Position numbers and translations under genes: made by a program. The notes under the pieces are model-generated. The model was not told where the DNA came from, did not search any database, and saw only the letters and a list, made by a program, of their open reading frames with translations. Of a stretch of DNA of 64,000 nucleotides, positions 42,389-49,640 are shown in pieces. The stretch's first letter is position 1. The number at the start of each line of letters is the position of its first letter. This stretch comes from Candidatus Competibacteraceae bacterium. GTDB taxonomy: Bacteria; Pseudomonadota; Gammaproteobacteria; Competibacterales; Competibacteraceae. Location: positions 665 to 64,664 of the forward strand of contig JAPUDV010000078.1 of assembly GCA_027492875.1 (NCBI GenBank). Reading direction: 5' to 3'.

Positions 42389-45079
42389 TCAGCACGCCAC
42401 TTCGGCCCCCTTGCGTGAATACCACCGCCAAGTCACCAACACGCAACTCAGGTAAAACAGGCTGAAGAAGATCAATGCGCTTTGCGGGCTGCCGGTCAGT
42501 TCGATGGAGATGCCATAGGCCATGGGGATGAAGAACCCACCGAAAGCCGCGATCGCCGCGCTCAAGCCCATGGCCGCCGCCGCTTCGGTCGCGCCGTCGC
42601 GCCGCGCCTGTTCGAGTGCGGCTTCATCATTCCGGTCGGTGACCCGCCGCTCGCGCAGGGTGCGGAAGATGATCGGAATCATGCGGAAGGTGGAACCGTT
42701 GCCGATGCCGGCGGCGAGGAACAGGACCAGGAACATCGCTACGAAACCTACTACATTGCCGCCGCTGTTTACCCCTGGAAGGAACGCCGCCGCCGCCAGG
42801 GGAGCCCCCGCCATGATCAGGAAGATCCCGAAGGTAATGACCGCGCCGCCCAGACGGTCGGCCAACCAGCCGCCGATGGGCCGGACAAAGGCGGCGAGGA
42901 GCGGGCCGATGAAGGCAAACTGAAAAGCGTCCACTCCGGGGAACTCGGTGTTGACCAACATCGGGAACCCGACAGCCAGCCCGATGAAGGAACCGAAGGT
43001 GCCGGTGTACAGCCAACTCATCAACCACTGGTGCTTATGCCTGAAAATCGCGACCTGTTCGGCGAAGCCGGCCTTGACGCTGGCAATATTGTCCATGCCG
43101 AAGTAGGCGGCGATGGCGGCGGCGGCGATGAACGGTACCCAGATGAAGCCCGCGTTCTGCACCCAGATTTGGCTGGTCGCTCCACCGTCTGTATGGCTTT
43201 GTGGGTTGCCGCCCAGCACCAGCAGTGCGCCGCCGTAAACCGCAATCGGTGCAATCAACTGTGCCAGGCCCACGCCCAAATTGCCGATACCTGCGTTCAA
43301 TCCCAGCGCGGTGCCCTGCAAACGCTGTGGATAGAAGAAGCTGATATTCGCCATGCTGGAGGAGAAATTGCCCGCGCCCAGTCCACACAGCAGCGCGATC
43401 ACCACAAACACCGCGTAATGGGTGTTCGGGTCCTGCACCGCGACGCCGATCCATAGCGTCGGCAACAACAACAGGGCCGTGCTGAACACGGTCCAGTTAC
43501 GACCACCGAAGATCGGCACCACGAACGAGAACAACATGCGGAACAAGGCTCCGGACAAGCCGGGCAGCGCCGCCAGCCAGAACAGCTGATTGGCGGTGAA
43601 CCGGAAACCGATATGCGGCAGTTCGACCACGATCACGCTCCATACCACCCAGACGGCGAAGGCCAGCAACAGAGCGGGCATCGACAGCCACAAATTACGG
43701 TTAGCGACGCGCCGACCGGTCTTTTCCCAGAAGGCTTCGTCGTCGGGCCGCCAGTCGACCAGCCGCCGCCAGTGTGGGCGCACGTGCTCGATGAGTTGCG
43801 CCTGTTCCATCTCGGCGCGGACGTCGGCGTGCCGCTCCAGAATCGCCTCGCGCTCATCCCGCTCGGCCAGCCAGGTCCATAGCATGGTTGCAGCGAGCAC
43901 CACGAACATGATCATGTAGGCGCTGCTGCGCACGCCGATGGCGTCCACCGCGATACCGAACATAATCGGCATGGTGAAACCACCCAAGCCGCCGATCACC
44001 CCGACCAAACCACCGACCGAACCCATACTATTGGGATAGTAATCGGCCAGGCAGCGGTAGACGCTGGCCTTGCCGATACCCTGGGCGATGCCGACCAGGA
44101 ACACCAGCACGGTGAAAGACACGATGCCCAGACCGACGTTGAGCGACACATCGCCGCGCAGGGTATGGATGGTCATGGTGGTTTGTGGGTAGCAGAGGAA
44201 GAACAGGCTGAGCAGCGAAACCCAGAACACCCACCAGGTGGTCTGGCTGCCACCGTAACGGTCGGAAATCCAGCCGCCCAAGGCGCGGATGACGCCGGAA
44301 GGCAGGGTGAATAGCATGGTGACGAAGGAGGCAGTTTTCAGGTCGAGACCGTATTCACCGACGTAGTACTTGGGTAGCCACAGCGCCAGCGCCACGAAGC
44401 CGCCGAATACGAAGTAATAGGCCACTCCGAACCGCCACACCCGCAGATCCATCAGTGGGGTGAGCTGTTGGCCGAGAGTCAGCTTGGTCCCGGATTTTTT
44501 GCGTTCCTCGGTCTTGGGATCGGGATAGGTGAACAGCCAGAACATCACGGCCATGATCAACATGGCGATGGAATAGACCTGTGGCACCATCCGCCAGCCA
44601 TAGGCGACCACCAGCAGCGGCGCGACCAGATTGGTGATGGCGGAGCCGGCGTTGCCGGCGCCGAAAATGCCCATCGCCGTACCCTGCCGCTCCTTACTGA
44701 ACCACGCCGAGGTGTAGGCAATGCCCGTCGCGAACGAACCGCCAGCCAGACCCACGAACAGGCCGAGCGTGAGGTATTGCCAATATTGCGTGGCGAACGC
44801 CAGCCCGTAAATCGGGATGGCGACCAAAATCATCTGAATGAAAAAGACGATGCGTCCGCCGAAACGGTCGGTCAGGATGCCGAGCGGCAGCCGGACCAGC
44901 GAACCGGTCAGAATCGGCGTGGCGACCAGCAGACCGAATTCCGTTTCGTTGAGATTGAGTTGTTGCTTGATCCGAATGCCGATAATTGAAAACATGGTCC
45001 ACACGGCGAAATTCACCGCGAAGGCCAAGGTATTCATCGTCAGCACCGAGATTTGTTTTCGTTGAAGCGTCGTGGCCAT
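42389..45079 (-). CDS. narK: Fused NarK1-NarK2 nitrate/nitrite transporter (two MFS modules)
   Basis: First module AVNFAVWTMFS...GAGNAGSA...QGIGKASVY; second module WRPDDEAFWEKTGRRVANRNLW...GNFSSSMANIS...GIGNGSTFRMIP; single 896 aa ORF. Confidence 0.93.
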   Translation of the reverse strand: MATTLQRKQISVLTMNTLAFAVNFAVWTMFSIIGIRIKQQLNLNETEFGLLVATPILTGSLVRLPLGILTDRFGGRIVFFIQMILVAIPIYGLAFATQYWQYLTLGLFVGLAGGSFATGIAYTSAWFSKERQGTAMGIFGAGNAGSAITNLVAPLLVVAYGWRMVPQVYSIAMLIMAVMFWLFTYPDPKTEERKKSGTKLTLGQQLTPLMDLRVWRFGVAYYFVFGGFVALALWLPKYYVGEYGLDLKTASFVTMLFTLPSGVIRALGGWISDRYGGSQTTWWVFWVSLLSLFFLCYPQTTMTIHTLRGDVSLNVGLGIVSFTVLVFLVGIAQGIGKASVYRCLADYYPNSMGSVGGLVGVIGGLGGFTMPIMFGIAVDAIGVRSSAYMIMFVVLAATMLWTWLAERDEREAILERHADVRAEMEQAQLIEHVRPHWRRLVDWRPDDEAFWEKTGRRVANRNLWLSMPALLLAFAVWVVWSVIVVELPHIGFRFTANQLFWLAALPGLSGALFRMLFSFVVPIFGGRNWTVFSTALLLLPTLWIGVAVQDPNTHYAVFVVIALLCGLGAGNFSSSMANISFFYPQRLQGTALGLNAGIGNLGVGLAQLIAPIAVYGGALLVLGGNPQSHTDGGATSQIWVQNAGFIWVPFIAAAAIAAYFGMDNIASVKAGFAEQVAIFRHKHQWLMSWLYTGTFGSFIGLAVGFPMLVNTEFPGVDAFQFAFIGPLLAAFVRPIGGWLADRLGGAVITFGIFLIMAGAPLAAAAFLPGVNSGGNVVGFVAMFLVLFLAAGIGNGSTFRMIPIIFRTLRERRVTDRNDEAALEQARRDGATEAAAAMGLSAAIAAFGGFFIPMAYGISIELTGSPQSALIFFSLFYLSCVLVTWRWYSRKGAEVAC

Positions 45080-45109
45080 TGCGAACCTCGCTTTTATGCT
45101 GCAAGTGCA

Positions 45110-45115
45110 ATACTA
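45110..45115 (-). promoter_or_regulatory. Putative -10 box (TAGTAT) of the narK promoter
   Basis: Spaced so that the FNR-like box is centred at -41.5 from an inferred +1 at 45103. Confidence 0.55.
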
Positions 45116-45137
45116 CGATGCCCGCGACGCCCAATTC

Positions 45138-45151
45138 TTGAGTTAAGTCAT
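45138..45151. promoter_or_regulatory. FNR/ANR/DNR-type box
   Basis: TTGAG-TTAA-GTCAT versus consensus TTGAT-N4-ATCAA, upstream of the narK operon. Confidence 0.65.
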
Positions 45152-45190
45152 TGGTTTTTATCTTCGAAATGACCCTTTCAACCAATCTCA

Positions 45191-45206
45191 TACCTCTTTG
45201 GAGGTA
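45191..45206. promoter_or_regulatory. NarL 7-2-7 binding site
   Basis: TACCTCT-TT-GGAGGTA: inverted heptamers matching TACYYMT, between narK and narX. Confidence 0.8.
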
Positions 45207-45390
45207 CATCAATCATGCAGGATAACTAACTGTTATTATTTTATTTATTGCACGTCACTCGATGACGTGCGCGGATGGATTGTTCACCCTGGGTCATGCC
45301 GTGGAGGTATCCACAATAACCCTGGGAATATTCGGATGTCTCGGCATGTTCAAGCCATGACGGACAGGGCGACGATGAGAGAATCTTCCA

Positions 45391-47271
45391 ATGAAAAGTA
45401 ACGACTCGATCATTTTCCGCAACGGCCTGACCATGGGCGGCATCGTGCTGCTGGCGCTGCTGAGCATGATCAGTTCGGTGTTCATCGCCGAATCCAGCAA
45501 GGGCGACGCCGCCGCGCTCAACCTGGCCGGCTCGTTGCGCATGCAGTCCTACCGCATCGCCACCCGTTTGCAGGACTCCCGCGACACCGATACCCACCCT
45601 GTCGAGAAGGTGGCTCGGGAAATCGACCAGTTCGAACGCCGCTTGGATCATCTCTGGCAAACCGGCGCGATCTCCTCGGCCGAAAGCGACTCCAAGAACC
45701 GAACGCTGAGGGCCATCATGTCGTCCTGGCGCGACGCCCTGCGGCCGATCCTGGAAACTTCCGTGGCGGACGCCTCGCCCTCCACGGCCTATTTGCGGCA
45801 GGTGGACGATTTCGTCATCAAGCTGGATGCCTTCGTCAAGCTGCTAGAGCAGGATACCGAGGCGAAAATCCTGTGGTTGCGACTGGTGCAGGGCATGGCC
45901 CTGTTTTTGATTGTGGTGCTGATTTTCGCCGCCATGTACCAATTGCACAGCGGTGTCATCGCGCCGTTGCGCGATCTGGTGGAGCTGGCGAGCAAGGCCC
46001 GCAGCGGTGACCTGACGGTGCGGGCCAGCCATGTCGGCAACGACGAATTGGGCGTGCTGGGCCACGCTTTCAATCTAATGGCGACCGACCTGTCGGCGAT
46101 GTACGCTGATCTGGAAGCTCGGGTCGAACGGCAAACCCAGGCGCTGCGGATCAGCAACCGTTCGCTGGAATTGCTCTACCACACCGCCAGACGGCTCGGC
46201 GAATCGGCCTTCGACGATGCGGGCTACCAGACGCTGTTGGCGGAGATCGAAAAACTAACCGGCCTGGACTCGGTCACGCTCTGCCTGATCGATCCCACCA
46301 GTCGCCAAGCCAGTCGGGTCTTTACCGCCCAGCCGCGACCGCCCGATCGTTCGGCGTTCTGTCGTCGGCCGAACTGCGAACCTTGTCTGGGCGATGGCGC
46401 CACCCACCCGCTAGATACCAGCCACGAACTGTTTTCCATCCCGATCACGGTCCAGGAACGGCAGTTCGGGGTATTGATCGTCCGTAGCCCCAGTCTGGAA
46501 ACGGTCGCCACCTGGCAACTACCGCTGCTGGAAGCGGTGGCACGCAACATTGCCGCCGCATTGCGGGCCAACGAACAGACCGAGCATCGTCGTCGGCTGG
46601 CACTGTTGGAAGAACGCGCGGTCATCGCCCGTGAATTACACGACTCGCTGGCGCAATCACTGTCCTATCTGAAAATCCAGGTTGGTCGCCTGCAACTGCT
46701 ACCAAGCGGCACCGAAACCGCCGCGCAAGCGCGCGACATCGTCACCGAACTGCGCGAGGGTCTCAACGACGCTTACCGGCAATTGCGGGAACTGATCGCC
46801 ACTTTCCGCCTGAAGATGGAACATCCCCGACTGGAAGACAGCTTGCGCGAAGTGGCGCGGGAATTCAGTCATCGCGGTCAACTGTCGATCGAACTCGATC
46901 ATGCCGACTGGAATTGCGCGCTCGATCCCAACGAGCAGATTCATGTCATGCAGATCGTCCGGGAGGCACTGAACAACGCCGTCAAGCACGCCCGCGCCCA
47001 GCGGATTTCGGTGCAACTGCACAGCACGCCTGACGGCGAGGCCGCCATCGACATCGATGACGACGGTATCGGACTACCGGCCGAAACCAACCGGGAAAAC
47101 CACTTTGGCCTCAATATCATGCGCGAGCGGGCTGCTCAAATGGGCGGCGTATTGAGCTTTCACTCCCAACCCGGCCGTGGCCTGCGGGTGCAACTGAGGT
47201 TCCTACCCGCCGCTCATCAGCGCTCCTTCAATAGCGTTGGTCGACCACGCGACGAGGTGCGTTATGCTTGA
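45391..47271 (+). CDS. narX: Nitrate/nitrite sensor histidine kinase
   Basis: P-box AALNLAGSLRMQSYRI, HAMP, ARELHDSLAQSLSY H-box, DDGIG, HFGLNIMRERA. Confidence 0.95.
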   Translation: MKSNDSIIFRNGLTMGGIVLLALLSMISSVFIAESSKGDAAALNLAGSLRMQSYRIATRLQDSRDTDTHPVEKVAREIDQFERRLDHLWQTGAISSAESDSKNRTLRAIMSSWRDALRPILETSVADASPSTAYLRQVDDFVIKLDAFVKLLEQDTEAKILWLRLVQGMALFLIVVLIFAAMYQLHSGVIAPLRDLVELASKARSGDLTVRASHVGNDELGVLGHAFNLMATDLSAMYADLEARVERQTQALRISNRSLELLYHTARRLGESAFDDAGYQTLLAEIEKLTGLDSVTLCLIDPTSRQASRVFTAQPRPPDRSAFCRRPNCEPCLGDGATHPLDTSHELFSIPITVQERQFGVLIVRSPSLETVATWQLPLLEAVARNIAAALRANEQTEHRRRLALLEERAVIARELHDSLAQSLSYLKIQVGRLQLLPSGTETAAQARDIVTELREGLNDAYRQLRELIATFRLKMEHPRLEDSLREVAREFSHRGQLSIELDHADWNCALDPNEQIHVMQIVREALNNAVKHARAQRISVQLHSTPDGEAAIDIDDDGIGLPAETNRENHFGLNIMRERAAQMGGVLSFHSQPGRGLRVQLRFLPAAHQRSFNSVGRPRDEVRYA

Positions 47272-47914
47272 CGAAGTCCAAACCATTCTGGTCGTCGACG
47301 ACCACCCGCTGATGCGCAAGGGCATTCTGCAACTGATCGCCATGGAACCCTCCCTGCGGTTGGTCGGCGAGGCCGGCGACGGCCAACAGGGCGTGGAGTT
47401 GGCACATCGCTTACGGCCGGATTTGATCCTGCTCGATCTGAACATGCGCGGCCTGAGCGGCATGGAAGCCCTGAAAGCCCTCAAGGCCGCCGACCTGGAC
47501 ACGCGGGTGATCATCCTGACCGTTTCCGACAGCGAGGAAGACGTAGTGGCGGCACTGCGGCTAGGCGCCGACGGCTACCTGCTCAAGGACATGGAGCCGG
47601 AAGAGGTTCTGCACAGCCTGAAAGCCGCCGCGCAGGGCCGTATCGCGCTGGGCGAGCGGGTGGCGGCGATTCTGGCCGACACGCTGCGCCACGAGACTCA
47701 ACCCAGACCCATCGACAGTATCAAACTAACCGAGCGGGAGCGGGAAATCCTGTCGCTGATCGCCGCTGGTTGCAGCAACAAACTGATTGCCCGCAAACTG
47801 AACATCACCGAAGGCACGGTGAAAGTTCACGTTAAGCATCTGCTGCGCAAACTCGATCTGGCTTCGCGGGTCGAGGCGGCGGTCTGGGCGGTCAAGCATG
47901 GATTCCGCGATTAG
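47264..47914 (+). CDS. narL: Nitrate response regulator (LuxR family)
   Basis: VVDDHPLMRKG, ILLDLNM, LTVSD, GYLLKD, LTEREREIL...NKLIARKL.ITEGTVKVHVKHLLRKL. Confidence 0.95.
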   Translation: MLDEVQTILVVDDHPLMRKGILQLIAMEPSLRLVGEAGDGQQGVELAHRLRPDLILLDLNMRGLSGMEALKALKAADLDTRVIILTVSDSEEDVVAALRLGADGYLLKDMEPEEVLHSLKAAAQGRIALGERVAAILADTLRHETQPRPIDSIKLTEREREILSLIAAGCSNKLIARKLNITEGTVKVHVKHLLRKLDLASRVEAAVWAVKHGFRD

Positions 47915-47945
47915 CGGCGGGCAGTGCGGAAGGTAATCATTCAGT

Positions 47946-47986
47946 CCCCTCTCCCCCCTGCCAAGGGGAGAGGGCTAGGGTGAGGG
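47946..47986 (-). repeat. Dispersed hairpin/G4 repeat, copy 4 (downstream of narL)
   Basis: CCCCTCTCCCCCCTGCCAAGGGGAGAGGGCTAGGGTGAGGG on the + strand (reverse orientation to copies 1-3). Confidence 0.8.
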
Positions 47987-48098
47987 ATAAGCCCTTGAAG
48001 CCATTTTCCCGCAAGCGGCCGAGGGGAGTAAACGGTTACAAAACCGAAAACCGATCGCTGCCGACGTTGATCGGTGCGATTGATCTGACGGACCAACA

Positions 48099-48596
48099 CT
48101 ACTCGATCCAGGTTTTTGCTTTGATATCAAAAGGATTTTTTTGACGAAATGTACCAACGCTCATCGCTACCGACAACAGTATGATCGCATTAACAAAAAC
48201 GGGAACCACAACAAATGCGAATCCCAATTTGTGAACGGCCTCGCCACCAATGATCGCCGTGATAGCGGTGGCGCCGCCGGGTGGATGCATGCAACGAAGC
48301 ACATGCATCAGAATCATGGCCGCCGGTATGGCGATAGCGGAAGCCAGTAGCGCGTTCGGTATTAACTTAAAACAGCCGACCCCAATGATGGCGGAGACGA
48401 TATGACCGCCAACCAGATTCCATGGTTGCGATACCGGACTATGCGGAAAGCCAAACAGCAACATGGCCGATGCCCCAGTGGAAGCCAAAATGACCGGCGA
48501 CTGCTCGGCCTCCAAAATGATAAAAGAGAAGAATGAAGCCGCGAGCGTGCCGACAAACGCGCCCGCTATCGAGGCGGTAAATTCAGTAGGGTTCAT
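48099..48596 (-). CDS. HPP-family membrane protein
   Basis: ILASTGASAMLLFGFPHSPVSQPWNLVGGH and CMHPPGGATAI signatures. Confidence 0.9.
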   Translation of the reverse strand: MNPTEFTASIAGAFVGTLAASFFSFIILEAEQSPVILASTGASAMLLFGFPHSPVSQPWNLVGGHIVSAIIGVGCFKLIPNALLASAIAIPAAMILMHVLRCMHPPGGATAITAIIGGEAVHKLGFAFVVVPVFVNAIILLSVAMSVGTFRQKNPFDIKAKTWIE

Positions 48597-48640
48597 TTTT
48601 TCCACACGATGCACCCGCTAGTAATATTCGCTCAACAACA

Positions 48641-49240
48641 TCATCCACTCGCGTCCAGCCGCGCCAGATCCTCCGGCGTATTGACATTGCGAAACAACAT
48701 CGACCAGTCGGCAAACGCGACCCGCGCCGGCCGGTGCCGATGCAGCCAGCGACCCGCGCCGCCCGCGCCCGCCGTCAACCAGGCGGCCAAGTCTTCCCGC
48801 AGCGTCACCGACAGCAACGCGAACACCGGTTGCCAACAACCTTCGCCATACGCCACGCTGACCGTGGTCTGTTCCCGCTCCAGCGCCGTCAGCATCCGCC
48901 GTGCGTAATCGGCCGGCAGCAACGGGGAATCGCAGGGCGCGGTCAGCAGATACGGCGTCTCGGCCGCGCGCAGCGCCGCCAGCACGCCGGCCAGCGGACC
49001 CCGGAAGCGGAGATCTGGATCGTCGCCGACCACCCGGCAATTATAGGCTCGATAGACGTCCTGATTGCGGTTGGCGCTGATCAACAGCTCGGCGACTTGT
49101 GGCTGCAAGCGGCGGACCCCGTGCGCGATCAGCGGTTCGCCGGCCAGCGGCAGCAAACCCTTGTCCCGGCCACCCATCCGCTCGGCGCGACCGCCGGCCA
49201 GAATGACGCCCGTCACTGCAGTTTGAGGATTCATGCCCAT
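48641..49240 (-). CDS. mobA: Molybdenum cofactor guanylyltransferase
   Basis: VILAGGRAERMGGRDKGL, ISANRN, GPLAGVLAAL, PCDSPLLP, FRNVNTPEDL. Confidence 0.93.
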   Translation of the reverse strand: MGMNPQTAVTGVILAGGRAERMGGRDKGLLPLAGEPLIAHGVRRLQPQVAELLISANRNQDVYRAYNCRVVGDDPDLRFRGPLAGVLAALRAAETPYLLTAPCDSPLLPADYARRMLTALEREQTTVSVAYGEGCWQPVFALLSVTLREDLAAWLTAGAGGAGRWLHRHRPARVAFADWSMLFRNVNTPEDLARLDASG

Positions 49241-49259
49241 CCGTCGGGACCGATCCGGC

Positions 49260-49424
49260 TCAGCCCTGATCGCCGAACGCGCAAGGCGCGCGCAGAATCA
49301 CTGCCAGATCGCGTTCCGCGGTTTCGATCACGGGATCGATCAGGGCGCACTCGCCGGTGGCCGGATAACCCAACAGGTAGGTGTAGGTGCAGGACACCGA
49401 CTCGAACAGTTGCCGGAAAAGCAT
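49260..49424 (-). pseudogene. 5' fragment of an ETHE1/persulfide dioxygenase-like MBL-fold hydrolase
   Basis: MLFRQLFESVSCTYTYLLGYPATGECALIDPVIETAERDL, then loss of homology before the THxHxDH metal motif; GGAGG RBS retained. Confidence 0.75.
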
Positions 49425-49587
49425 GATCCCTCCTTGTAACCTCGTAACCTCGGTGTGAGTGCATCTGATTGTCTGGAGCAGCCAAGGCACGGTCGTTCTC
49501 CGCCCGCATGACCGCCACGAACGAAGCGCGCTCGATTCTCGAAGGCGTTTTACACGGCTTATTTTGACTTAAAGCTTTGAAAAATAA

Positions 49588-49624
49588 ACCTTACCCCCAA
49601 CCCCTCTCCCATGGGGAGAGGGGT
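49588..49624 (+). repeat. Dispersed hairpin/G4 repeat, copy 5 (downstream of pat)
   Basis: ACCTTACCCCCAACCCCTCTCCCATGGGGAGAGGGG. Confidence 0.8.
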
Positions 49625-49640
49625 GTTTTTGTACGGCCTC

